From assembly GCA_030704615.1 (NCBI GenBank), contig CM060732.1, positions 59,706,001 through 59,770,000 of the forward strand: a stretch of DNA of 64,000 nt, in the 5' to 3' direction. This DNA is from Takakia lepidozioides (taxonomy: Eukaryota; Plantae; Bryophyta). Below are positions 27,380 through 40,304 of the stretch, one piece after another. Each line of letters begins with the position of its first letter. Position 1 is the first letter of the stretch. The position numbers and the translations under genes are program-made. Under the pieces are notes generated by a model. That model was not told the origin of the DNA. It saw only the letters and a list, made by a program, of their open reading frames with translations, and did no database searches.

Positions 27380-29243
27380 CTGTGAAAGAGTGAAGACGAT
27401 AGGGAGGGAAGAAGGCGTAAAGCAACTCACATTAATGCTCTTGATCTCAACTCAATTGCCTGGAATTCAGTGTATTAGGAACAACATTAAACCGGGTTTG
27501 CTTCCAGGCCCATCTTTACGAAACTGCATATGTGAGCTAAAACTGATAGTGAGATTGCCCACCTTTCATGAGATACAACTATCCAACAATTTTTCGTGTT
27601 GTTGTCTTGTGTGCATATAAGCTGGTGGGAGCCTGCACAGTGCATTGAGTTCAGAAGTGAGGTTCCAAGTTTCATGTTGTGGACCTATCACCTCATGTAA
27701 TCATTCAGTACTTGAAGCCAGTTCTCTGAAGTCATGGTCGTGCATTGGATTCTGTGCTATAGAGTAGCCCACGTCTGGTTATCTTGGTAGATCAATGGAA
27801 TGCATGTACCTTTCTAACAAAGTGGAAGCTACAGTGGGATGTAGTGAGGGTTAAAAAGAACTGAAGCTGTGCTCCTGCCATAGGTTGTCTCACCACTTTT
27901 TATTTCACATCAGCATGTTTTGAACTGATTGGTGAGCTTCTCCTCTGTTAGTTTCGAACACAGATGCAAATCTAGGGATCCCCTGGAGGTTGGGAACACA
28001 GCATAGCCATCCCTTCCAAATGTCTAGGATGCTGCATAGCCAAGTTGGATACCCCAGGGCACTTACAGACTTGCACAATGATGTGAGGCTTCCCATCAAT
28101 TCACTGCAAGAAGCATACTTCAAAAAGTTGAACCTCAGTGATCCAGGCTTCTTAATCATTGGATTATCCCTTTCGTCAATCTTGTTCAGGGCCAAACTCT
28201 CAACCCCCTGTAACTTCAGGATTTCCATGGCTATTGTTCCCCACAACTTTGCAATAAGGTTCTCCAAGACTTCACTACTGCTGCTCAAAGAGATGGAATG
28301 ATGGCATTACTTCAAGGCTGTAATTACTCTGCACTGAAGTAATGGCACTAGTTGTTAAACTATTTGCAATGATGGAGAATCAGGGAGGTCCCAATTAACT
28401 AAAGGCCTTTGTCAAATGAGCCTCGCAGATGAAGCCCCTTCAGTGTAGAACCATCAATAACAATCAAGCTCAAACACTGTTTCTGCTCCAAACATCCATC
28501 AATGTGGAAGGTGACCAAAAGTGACAAATCCTCCAATAAGCAATGTCTTTTCCTTCACAGAGCCCACCTCTGCAAGGAAGCAGGGCTATTATTTCCGCTG
28601 TCGTCCTTTCCACTTCATATCCCCCTGTGTGTCTGTGTCTAAATTTACAAAACCAAGTTGCTTCTGTAACCTAGTGGCGTCTACCTCCGGCATGGCGCCA
28701 TTCAACCTAGGGAAGCACAAAATGCTTCGAAGCTTATAGACAGACTCTGTAAAAACCTAACAAAAACCAGCTCCATTTTGATAAAGTATCCCAACCACGA
28801 AAAAGGATCCAGCGAGGTAATAACAACGACAACATGGGATGTGATAGTTTCAAACGTGTCCGACGACCAAACGGAAGTACTTTGCGTTTATTGATGTCTC
28901 TCGGTAGAAAATATAGACATGTTTACATACTCTCGCCACAACGAGAACCAGCTAATCACATCAAATGAGAAATCTTTGCTCTGACATCGACAACCATTGA
29001 AATAGTAATACGTCTTGAGAGTCCAGCCATCACTGCAATCTCTGGCTTCACTAATTCCTTCGAGAACACCTTCCGCGCGAATGCAGCATTTACTACACAT
29101 GCATTACAGTACTTCTCCTTGTAATATCGTTACAAGTCGCCAGATGCAAATCTGATGTGCTAGCTGAGCCTACCAAAAACTTGACACGAGAACCCACAAT
29201 TCGCTTGACATAACTAACGACATCTCCCTCTCACCAATGTGGA

Positions 29244-29684
29244 TCAGGACAGGAGAGGAGGAAAGGGTTGAGTATGGAAGGGACTAAGAGGGTCATACGG
29301 AATATCCCACTTCTTCCGAAGTCTTCTAACCTCGGTTCCCCTTTTTGGCCTGGCGATTCCGAAGGAGCCCTTGAAGCGTTTCCCTCGCTTAGTCTTCTTA
29401 TCGCCACGGCCGCATACTGAAGGAATCCCGGAGCTCATTGGTCCTTCACAAGCTCTACTTGCAAAGCTGTCACTCATGCTGATGGTTCTGGACTCGCTAC
29501 AGGGAGATGCAGCAAAGGGGCTTGTAAAGCGCCACAGGGATGTATGGCTGCAGCAGTCAGAAGACCCACAACGCACTGACTGCATGGCATCGTGGAACAC
29601 AGACACAGCTTCTGAGCGCTGCACGAGTGCAGCGCGTAGACGGGGCTCTGCAAGACGCAGCAGGCGTACCATCGCCATCACCAC
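29244..29684 (-). CDS. RPS31: Organellar small-subunit ribosomal protein S31/bTHX family (mitochondrial-type), single exon
   Basis: CGRGDKKTKRGKRFKGSFGIARPK signature after an R/L/S/A-rich presequence. Confidence 0.88.
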   Translation of the reverse strand: MVMAMVRLLRLAEPRLRAALVQRSEAVSVFHDAMQSVRCGSSDCCSHTSLWRFTSPFAASPCSESRTISMSDSFASRACEGPMSSGIPSVCGRGDKKTKRGKRFKGSFGIARPKRGTEVRRLRKKWDIPYDPLSPFHTQPFPPLLS

Positions 29685-30184
29685 AACAATTGCCGACCCT
29701 GCTCCACCCGCTCTATGCCAGCCCTAAATAGATTATCTGCTCAAAACAGCTGCGATGAAACATGAAGAGCCTCTCTGCTGCGATTTGTTACTTGATCGAG
29801 TACCGACAATGTGTTTGCCACTTCTTTGATTGAATTGCGACAAGAGCAAGACTAGGAACTAATCATCTCTCAAGCGGATCCATCATTTGAAATCCTGTAC
29901 AAGGAAACCTAGTTTTCAAAACAAGGATGTTCTCAATCACTTCAAAGAAGATCAAACTCCTGGTACCCTCCCTGAAGAACGTAAGTAGGAGATCTCCTTC
30001 TTGATCTTTTTTCATTGCAAACCCCTCACTAGTTCTTCTTCAGGTCTACTGCTCCTTGCAAGCAGTTGAAGTGGTCCACTACAGTCAAACCAGTCAAATG
30101 TTACCACTTTATAAGCATCATGTGCTCTTCCTGTTTATTTTTTCTACCACCACAAATTTTACTAAGGCCAGTGTGACATGTTGC

Positions 30185-31060
30185 AAATTTGCATGCCTAC
30201 AAGCAGACAGAGATGTGAAGGTGACAAGTTGGGCTTCAAGACTTCTGTTGCATTTGTTCAAATAGTTGAAGGGCCTCCGTACAGCACATGTTGGGCACAT
30301 CCTGCACTACAGGAGACCGCATTGTGTTGATAAATATTATCAAACACTTGACGGCCATCCTTAAAGATTGCACATTCACATATAAGTTAACACAAGGGAA
30401 TTGTCTGAAGTGATGACAGTCTAGCTTCCTTCATGTGAGCGGCACCTCCTTGCCCTTTTCCAAGACACCTAGGCTGGCACATGCATTGAGATAACCAATA
30501 AACAGGACCCTGTTGGATGACACCTGTTTCTGTTACATTTGCTCATAGATCTCAAAAGCCTCCCTGCAACACCCATGCAGACATTGCACTCACATTTCTT
30601 TCAGCCATATTGTTGAACACTTTCTGTGCATCCTCCATGTTGCCACATTTGACAAACATGTAACAGAGGGCAGTTTCGTAGACAATTCCCTGCAATTCCA
30701 GCTTTGATGATCTTCTTTTCCAGTGCCCCTAGCTTGGCATATGCATTGTGAATACAAGTGAATGTGACCTTCCTGGGGAGTCACCCCTTCCTGTGGCATG
30801 TGCCCATACATCTTCAAGCATCCTACCAGCTTCGCATACCCTGTTAGCATCATATTCCATGTAGACATAACTCGTTCAGGTATGTTGTCAAACACTTGGC
30901 ATGCATCCACCATGCACCCACATTTGGAATACATGTTGACAAGGGGTTTTAGCAGAAAAAGGTCGGGCTGTAATCCATATTGGATAATATGGGCATGCAT
31001 CTGCTTTCCTTCTGCTAGGCCTTGCATGTTGATGAACTCATAACTGCTGCAGTTCCATGA
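30185..31060 (-). pseudogene. PPR-B: heavily decayed PLS-PPR fragment
   Basis: GLAEGKQMHAHII..LVNMYSKCG..VFDNIPER..WNMMLTGYAK, then frameshifted motifs down to ALQLFEQMQQ..VTFTSLSACRH. Confidence 0.8.
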
Positions 31061-31230
31061 TCATACTTACTGGTGCATCATCATGGGCAGCTCAACAAGC
31101 AACATACCAAATGTCGCATTCCATGACAAGATGACCATCTTCTCTTATTTCTCTGTGAGAATAACAGATTTTGACCTTTTCACCCTGATGTTCGATGTGA
31201 AGAACTTTTCTTTCAAGTGTGATGCTTGAT

Positions 31231-31682
31231 TCACCAGTTGTCCCCACAGGAACAAGCTCCATCTTCGACGTGCTGAAAGCAATTCCCATCCCTTATAACA
31301 ATTGCTCGCCCAACCATCTTGGAGATGAACGTCGCGGAGGTGTGGCAGCCACCACAGACCCGAAGGTTTTTGATGACGTGGATAGGTGTCCCAGGAGTTG
31401 TGTGAGGAGTCCCAAAGCAATAGCCAGCTTCTCGCTGTGCTGACAAAGAGAACATTCCTTTTGATCCTCCTCCAAATAATGCAATACAAAGCGCGTGTCA
31501 GGCACATACCCTGCCTCTTTTCATCTGCCCAGACAAATCCTTCAGCTCAGCAAGGATTTCTTCAATTTGTGGATGCAATTTGTCCTCTACTACACCTGGT
31601 TGTCTCCCTCAATGCAACTGTACCCTGGCTCCTTGCTGACTCCTCTCTTCTCCATCAATTTTCTCACCTTCACTGCATCATT
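31231..31682 (-). pseudogene. Decayed E2/DYW domain of PPR-C
   Basis: After the TAG: [51 protein letters not shown] spread over several frames. Confidence 0.88.
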
Positions 31683-34494
31683 CTACTTGCCTGCTGCAGC
31701 ATAGATGTTGGACAGCAGCACATAAGTGGAAGCTTGCTGTGGCTCACACTTGAAAAGGTATTTTGCTGCACGCTCTGCCAGCTTCACATTGCCATGAATG
31801 CTGCAAGCACTGAGCAAAGCACCCCACACCGAAGCACCTGCTTCAAATGGCATTTCATTAATGAAGTCCTCTGCCTCATCCAGTTGTCCAGCACGGCCAA
31901 GGAGGTCCACCATGCAGCTGAAGTCCTCCACTGTAGGAGCGAGGCTGTAATCTTGATTCATGGAATAGAAGTAGTGACAGCCTTCATCCACCAGACCCAC
32001 ATGTCTACATGCAGAGAGAATCGACGTAAAGGTAATACCCTCTGGCTTCAAACCTTCCTGTTGCATTTGTTCAAATAGTTGAAGGGCATCCCTACCACAC
32101 CCATGCTGAGCATATCCTGCAATCATAGCGTTCCATGAGATTAAATTCCGTTCAGCCATATTGTCGAACACCTGATATGCATCCTTTACGCTCCCACATT
32201 TGGCATACATGTCGACAAGGGCATTATTCAGATTAATATATGATGTAATTCCAGCTTTCATGATGCCTGCGTGGACCTCTTTGCCCTTTTCCAGAGCTCC
32301 TAGTCTGGCACATGCATTCAGAATGCTAATGAATGTGACCCTGTTTGGCATCACCCCTTCCTGTTGCATTTGCTCATAATTGTTGAGGGCCTCCCAACCA
32401 CATCCATGCTGAGCAAATCCTGCGGTCAATGTATTCCACGAAAACACATCTCGTTTAGACATATTGTTGAACACTTCACTCGCATCCTTCATGCTCCCAC
32501 ACTTGGCATACATGTTAACAAGGGTATTCTCCAAATTAACGTATGATGTGATTCCAGCTTTCATGATGTCAGCATGCACCTCTTTGCCCTTTTCCAGGGC
32601 ACCTAGGCTGGCACACGCATCAAGAACACCAATGAATGTCACCCTGTTGGGCGTCACCCCTTCCTGCAGCATTTGCTTATACATCTCAAAAGCCTCCCTA
32701 CCACAACCATGCTGCGCATATCCTGCAATCATCGCACTCCATGAGACCACATTACGTTCAGCCATATGATCGAACACCTGTCGCGCATCCATCATGCTCC
32801 CACATTTGGCATACATGTCAGCAAGGGCAGTTTCCACAATGACATTTGGTGCAACTCCAGCTTTGATGATGTCAGAATGGACATCTTTGCCTTTTTCCAG
32901 AGCTCCTAGGCTGGCACATGCATTGAGTATGCAACTGAATGTGGCCTCATCAGGCATCAACCCTTCCTGTTGCATTTGCTCATAGATCTCAAAAGCTTCC
33001 CTACCATACCCATGCTTAGCATATGCTGATATCATTATATTCCACGTAAATGTATCTCGTTCAGGCATTTTGTCAAAAACTTGCCGTGCATTTACCACGC
33101 TCCCACACTTGGCATACATGTTGAGAAGGTTGTTGAGTAGAAAGATGTTTGGCTTCAATCCACTCTGGATAATGTGGGCATGCACCTGTTTTCCATCTGC
33201 TAGGTCTTTTGAATTGATGCAGTCTTGCAAGACACAAACATAAGTGTTGCAGTCCACCCGAATGATTCTGCGGTTCAAAATGTGAAGCACCTCTTTCACT
33301 TGTCCTGCCTTACATAGTGTTCTGACATCCTCACTAGTGGCAGAAGCAGTCTTGTTGAGTCCGGCTGTCAGCACTTCTGGTCGTGTCTGATACTCAAATC
33401 CATCCAAAGCCAGTGTTTGATCAGATTCTGTCCTTTGCTTAAGATCTGAACTATCACCAGATTTTGCTTGACCTTGTCTCAGGGGTGCTAGCTCTGTATA
33501 CCCCCAAGGAGGGTCTGAACAGTCCTCACTCGAAAGCGCCTCGTTCGTGCGGTTATTTATGAAGTCTGGAGGTCTTGGACTATTCTGTGAAGGAAACAGT
33601 AGGCAGCTGAGCAGCCACAGCCACAGATTCAAGAGCAGCTCCCAAAGGCCAGGCTCCAACCACCGAAGTCCCCAGAATCTTTTCAAATGATAGGGTACAG
33701 CCGTGAGCAGCGTAAGTTAATGCCTCGTTAACAAGGAAGAACGACCTACTGATAACATCGACCTGAAGAACCAATTTTCGTACAAAATCGTCATTATCAT
33801 GCCAGATTCAATGACCAGCCCTCCTTGAGAACTGTTTGCGGTCCCACATGAATATAGACTCACCTTCTCAAACCTGTTGCCCCACCACTGTGAAGGATCT
33901 GTGCAAGAATCTTGCCTCAGCCGTTCTATGCTTATTACTTCGCCTGCATGCAAACAACACCACATCCTAGAGCGTTAGGTGTCGGAGTTTAACTGATGAA
34001 TGCTACTGCAAGAATTCAAGAAAATTAAGCTCCCTCTCTATACATGTCTGTATGTTTATCTCTCACTCACTCTCTCCCATGTGTAATGAACTATCAAGTT
34101 TCAGGTACTCCATGAAACGATGAGAGAGCTGAAGGAAGGCCATGGGTGAAGTTCATCGACCAAAATCTATGTAGTTACTGCTGGTGTAAGTCAAGGGCAA
34201 TACGGATTCTGTATCGCTCAGACACAGGAATTTTGGAGCCCAAACACACCCAGAGAGTTACATGGCCATACCTTTCGTGGGTTTTCCTACAGTCTGGAGA
34301 GGCATCAAAGCCACCACTTGCAAAGGTCTCGGGCCCGACATTGCCAAGCTGGATCTCCTTTTCAGCTCCACAGCCTGAATCTTTAATCTGGTGAATGATG
34401 TGAGGCCTCCCACCTGCTCACCGCAAGGGGAAGACAAAGCATTGGGTATGGCCTCTCCATACTCGTACAGGAGACCGCCTAAGCACTCTGCCAT
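31683..34494 (-). CDS. PPR-C: targeting-peptide exon + PDF motif + 14 PLS motifs + truncated E domain (DYW lost)
   Basis: Exons 34494-34272 (donor G|GTATGG), 33943-33864 (..DPSQWWGNRFEK|GTGAGT), 33584-31683 (CAG|NSPRPPDF..PPW then PPR tract); all junctions in phase; ends AAAGK* where PPR-D reads AAAGRW. Confidence 0.8.
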
Positions 34495-34989
34495 CCCCGT
34501 CTCTAAGAGAAATAGAAAGAGGAAGAGGGACGAACCCACGGACATTTCGCACGTGCGAAACCTACACAGGCGGCAAGGCATCTCTTCGACTCTCCATCAA
34601 ATGCTGTCGAGGCATTCTGATCTTTTACTTCTTTATTGCAGTTTAGGGGTTTGACTCTTCAGCACCCTTTGTGGGTAGTGGGGGATCTGTGCGCTTCATG
34701 ACGGAATGTGTTGATTGTTTGATTCATGCAGACCTGTGACCCACCATAGCCGCAGCCTGACAATATTTACAGACTTTCGAGTGAATTTTGCAGCATACTA
34801 GAATTTCGTCTTCTTGCTCAGGTGCATTTCTGATTCTCTGTGAGGTTCGTGTAGGAAGACTGCTTCGTGAAAAGTAGTATTGAGAGCAAACACGAAGTCT
34901 CCTTTCCTGAGGTGCTAAAAGGATGCGAAGTTCGCCCCATATAACAAGAATTTTGCTTCCTGTTTCATGAGCGGTCATCATCTTTAGCC

Positions 34990-36991
34990 ATGACCACACT
35001 CTCAGTTCCGACCCAGGGACAGGCTGTCTCCAGTATTACTCCCAGCCCTACCTCGGGACCTGTGTTACCTGCAAGCCAAAGTACTCGAAAAGCTTCTAGC
35101 GATGACTTGTCAGTGTTAGTGATGGCCTCTGATCTTGTGGTAGAGGCCGATGCCTTCGGCTTAACATCTTCTCGCAATTCGAGCCCTCCAGTTCGTGACA
35201 GTGCTTCTGAAGAGAATGTCGCGAGTAATGCGCCTCAGGACTTATCAGATCTGGAGGAATTTCAAGTGTTGCAAATTCAAGGTTTTGACAGAAAAGGACG
35301 ACAAATCGTCAGGATTGTTGGCAAATTCCTTCCTGGTACGGGTATCACGTATTGAGTTCGACATTTCTACGGGTAACATGTTCAGTAGCAGTGGCTTGCT
35401 TGCTTTGTTGAGCTCAGAGTAAGACGAAGTCTATTCTCTCTTTGTATAGCCGCCGAGCTGCAACGGTGGAGGGTTTTGTGAAGTAGAATCATCTCAATTT
35501 CACGAGGGGAAGAGCTTGGTAAGTTGAGGCCCAATGTGATTCATGGTCTCACACACAGCTTACTATTCCGGCTTGCTCACCCGTCTCTTCCCACATCATT
35601 GCATAGTACTCAAATAAAACCTCTCGATGCCTTCCTGGCATGCTTTACCATGTTATCTTTAAATATAATGATGGCTATGACATGTATGCCTTGTGCTTAG
35701 AGGCTTGGCATTATAACCTCAGACCACATGCTAATGCAGTGCAGGTTTTTGGTCAGAAGCTTAGCAAGGCTAGAATGCAAGATATGACACTGCTGTGTTC
35801 TCGAGTCTCAGAGTTACAGCCTCCCGGCCACCACAGTTCTATTTTAGAATGAAATAGGAGGATGAGAGATCTGATGAGAGGTGCCGCAGTGCAGCGCCAG
35901 TGATTGATGGGGGCAGGTTGAAAGCCTACGTGTTGAACAGTTTGTGCCATGGATTGCAAGAGGGGCCCTTCGTCATTATGTACTTCCACACAGCTGTGCA
36001 GCGTGCCGACAACTCGCCTGGCATGCTGACTTTAAGGCATATTTATGAATCTCTGCCCCAAGTGATGAAGCAGAGGCTTGAAGCCATCTATTTTGTGCAT
36101 CCTGGGTTCCGTTCCAGACTGCTCCTCGCCACTGTCGGTCGCTTTTTTTTAAGCGAGGGGTATGCACATAGCTTTCACCTCTTGGTTACTACAGGATAGT
36201 TGCTTCTATTTTAATGTACTTTTGAGCTTTATACTGATATTTCAGGCGACTAGAAGCCATCTATTTTGTGTATCCTGGGTTCCGTTCCAGACTGCTCCTC
36301 GGTAGCTTTTTTTTAAGCTAGGGGTATGCACAGAGCTTTCACCTCTTGGTTACATTCAAAATCTACAGGATAGTTGCTTCTATTTTAATGTACTTTTGAG
36401 CTTTATACTGATATTTCAGGCGACTTGAAGGTAAGAGGACAGGTAAGCCTCAGCCGTAGGCAAGGTGTGTAGCTCATGTGACTAATTTGCTTTGCTGTGC
36501 TTTTAGGGCACATGGATTGTAGCCACAGGCATCTTTTAACTTGTCCCAGCATGGTTGTGAGTCAGATGCAATGAGGCTGTTGTTGTTCCTGGAGGTTAGT
36601 GACTATGACACTTGCACGCAGCACCTTAACATATCATCTTCAGTTAATGGACCATGGTAAACAGACCCCATTAAACTGACCTGTTTTTCCTAATGATCAT
36701 GTTCATACTAAAGTCTAGAGAAACTGAAATGATCACTGAATATTTTTTCTTAATTGAAAGTATTTTGTTACTGACTGCAGGTTCTACTCCAAGGTTGTGT
36801 ACATTAGCAGGCTCGAATTTCTGTTTGACCATGTGAAGAAGGGGCAAATAGAAGTGCCCGAATTTGTGTACGCGCACGATGAGGAGCTGGAGATCCGACC
36901 TTTGATGGACTATGGTTTGGAAATGGATCCACTGCAGTACAGTGACATGCATGGCATGGGGGATATCCGTTCCAAATTCTCCATCAGGTAG
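34990..36991 (+). CDS. CRAL-TRIO (Sec14-like / GDAP2-like) domain protein, 3 exons
   Basis: Exons 34990-35335, 35895-36159, 36781-36991 in phase; motifs QGFDRKGRQIVRIVGKFLP, IMYFHTAV..NSPG, LEAIYFVHPG, KVVYISRLEFL..EVPEFVYAHDEEL. Confidence 0.88.
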
Positions 36992-39419
36992 AAAGGCCCT
37001 GGCCGCTCGAATATATGTTGTAACTTACGGCACCATTTTCTTAGATTTGGATTACTCACACTCTCTTGCAAACTATCCATAAGAGTAGAAGTGGACTCAG
37101 GATGGCTTTAACTGTGCAGATGAGGTTTTGCACATGAATTGTGCAATCTGCAATGATGTGATGGTGTCAGCAGCATTTATCAAAGGCCGTGCGCCGGAAG
37201 GGGGGGCGGCTTTCTAGATGAACTTCTGCACATATAGCGACAGACCTTTTAGTCTCCAAGGAATTCTGTCTGAACTTCGTCTCTACTTTTGGAAGAAGCA
37301 TGACGATGGTGCTTTGCTTTATTCTAGAGAGAAAGTATCTATCTACACAGCAATGTCTGTGTGTATTATGGCACCTAACGCAGACTAGAGCAGAAGTTTC
37401 GGTCAATATGGGGTTGTCATTTGTGCTAAGTGCTGGCTTTTTCTCATATTCTGTCATGGTTAGTGTTTCAACTATGTTTGTGAAAGAGATCTCTACCTCT
37501 AATGGGTCAGGAATGGTGTGGCGTTGAATAGCCATGGTGAAACTTCACTGTAATTGTGAAAGGCATGTTCAATTTGAGTTCACAAAGCCAGACTTGTGCT
37601 AGCAAACAGAAATGATTACCATTTGCAAATAAATGTTCTGTGTGAACTCTCGAGTCACAGTGTTTCACACATTTGGTTGCTTTTCTTAGTCATTGTCCAA
37701 AAGGAAGACTCTTTCCAAAGCAAGGGTAACTTGTGTCATTACCACCCACAAGGGCTAGGGAAGTCGACACTTCCTAACAGCCAAACCCTCCCCCAAGGAT
37801 TCGAAAGTCACTGGTACCCACACATCAATAACTGGTTGACAGGGTTACCCCTTTTAAGGCTAGGTACATCTTATAGATAGATGTGGGCTGCCACCTACTG
37901 TCATCTGAAATGGCAGGATCCTTATTCAATTCATTTGAACTCTTCATACCCCCTTCCCCATCTTGCAGACAAAGTTGCAACTCCTCAGAGGCTGCTGAAA
38001 GCACTTCTTGTTTGCTTCCAGGTGGGCAGCTGTTCCTTCCTTTTGTCAAACTAGACGCCATGCTATTCAGCTTCCCCCCTTTCTTTTTAATTCCTTCCAA
38101 CAGTTGCAAGGCCTCCCTGACTTTTGAGAAACCCACATTGTTCCCACTATGACACCCTTTTCTCTACAAAGATGGCCAATGCACAAGTTTCAAGCCAGTT
38201 CCATGCCCTTTCAGATAGGAACACTATCTGGGTGGCTATGCCCCCCCCTCTCAATGTCATAGCTCCTCACATCCTTTTCATGAAATTCGTCATAGAGATT
38301 ACTCAGACAAAACTCCGACCAAGAACTGTCAGGCTCCTCAAACCAACAGACCTCGAAGGGCATATCAGAACCTGGGGACGGAATATCGCCATGTAAAATT
38401 TCGATTGAAACCCTGAAGACCAACACGTAAATGGTATCACCAATAAAACGATGGGGATGCTGATGCAATGGGTGCTCGAACGCGTGCCTCGCGGAATTGC
38501 TTACGTAGAACCCTCTACCCCTAGAAAGCTCGTTAGCGATCCGCCCGTGTGGAGGACAGATCCCTAGCCGAGTAAACTGTGGCCACGACGATGACCTGAA
38601 GCTCATGATATAGTGTCACATCCGCCACAATCTCGGAAAAAGGGTCATAGACCTGATGCATCACCTGACTGATCTTTAAGTGAGAAAAAAACTCTTCAGA
38701 CCTATCAGACATGCTACGGATTCGTTGCATCCTGTTCTGTGGGTCCTTCTCCGGAGTAAGAAACAAAGAAAGTGGGACTTCTATGGTTTTTGCAGGTTTT
38801 TGCAGCCTGATTCCCTCGGCTTCTCATGTTTGACTTGAATGCGGGCATGTGTGGTTATGGCGGGGCCCGTGGGAGGCAGAGGGGGTCGCGCAGGGTGGGG
38901 TCAGTCTGCTGGGGTGAGCCGGCCCGGGGCGCGCGCAGGGGAAGCGAGAGAGAGGGGGAGCGAGTCTGTTGGGCCCACAAAACACCTGAACATATGTAGA
39001 TATATAATTAATTCTAGCGACGACCGAAAGTCGGAAGCTAGTTATAGAGCAGGAATAGTGTGCCACGTCATCGTCGCCACGTTTCGTCGTCAAATTTTGT
39101 CAGTCTGCCCAGACTGCCCGCCCAAAATAAGCCAATAGGAATTGTCGCGCCAACGTTTTCAGAACTGCCCGAAATGCCCGATCTTGATCTTCTTGATCTG
39201 CCATCGTTCACCTTGCAAGCTGCAAGCTCTCAACGAATTGAGGAAATCCATGTTCAGCTGAAGACTTGCTGAAGAGATTGTCTTGGCAGATGAAGGATTA
39301 AGCAAATGATGGGGGAAGGGTGTCGTTTTTTCTTAATGTACCATCTGAAGAAGTTTGTCCATCCTGCAAAGGTGGGCTCTTGGCTCCTGTCAGTACCATG
39401 ATTTGGTATTCTTCCTGAT

Positions 39420-40304
39420 GTTTGCAAGGTTCTTGGGAGAGTCAGCTTGGTCTTAGCAGGTCGTGTTCAATCTCTACCTGCTCAGATGCACCGTGGTGGT
39501 TCTCACAGATCAATCCGACATTACCTGACTACAGACACAAACAACACACACAAGAGGTCCTTTTGGGTTGATGGTCGGTCAAATCCTCCATGGGTCATGA
39601 CACAAGGTCAAGGACAGTCTGGTGAGGGCACCTTTTTCTTCGACCTATTTCAGCCTGTTTTGCCCTCTCATCAGACTCGGCCCTGAGATGCATTTGTTCC
39701 TGATGTTTACTGCAAGGTTCTTGGGAGAGTCAGCTTGGATGTTTCAATCTCTGCCTGCTCAGATGCACCGTGGTGGTTCTCACAGACCAATCCGACCTGA
39801 CTACACACACAAGCAGCACACACAAGAGGTCATTTTGTGTTGATGGTCAGTCATATCCTCCATGGATCATGACACAAGGTCAAGGACAATGTGGTGAGGG
39901 CACCTTTTTCTTCGACCTATTTCAGCCTGTTTTGCCCTCTCATCAGACTCGGTCCTGAGATGCATATTGAATTTTGTAAGTTAGGTCGTTGGGTAGATGG
40001 TCAACTGGAAACAGCAGCAGCAGCGGCACAAATATAGAACAAGGCACTGCTAATGAAGACACCTTCTTCAACACATTTCACCCTGTTTTTCCCTCTTGTC
40101 AGAATCGGCCATAAATTTCCATGTTGAATTCTGCAAGTTAGTTGGTTGAGTGAATCTGGTTTGGAGTGACTTTGACATGATACTGCCAATGTGATAACAG
40201 GAAAGTATCCAAAAACAGGTAACAGAGAGAAGGTGTGGAATGAATACTTTGTTGACCCCAGTCAATGGTGGGACAACCGAGACAAAAACTTGAATCCCTG
40301 CTAG
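39420..40304 (+). pseudogene. Free-standing OSB-type PDF-motif relics (tandem ~277-bp duplication plus a WWDNR exon)
   Basis: CAG|INPTLPDYRHK..(frameshift)KRSFWVDGRSNPPWV from 39509, second copy from 39786; EKVWNEYFVDPSQWWDNRDKNLNPC* at 40227-40304. Confidence 0.75.

Noticed and set aside
27487-28288. Possible transposase relic or missing exon 1 of PPR-A
   Set aside because: Only vague similarity, many stops; no convincing homologue of exon 1 found
31386-32985. Plus-strand ORFs up to 230 aa (similar ones at 48602-50614 and antisense to PPR-E)
   Set aside because: Antisense shadows of PPR coding sequence
37740-37850. Reverse B-box (TTCGAATCC) suggesting a tRNA or SINE
   Set aside because: No A-box or cloverleaf recognisable
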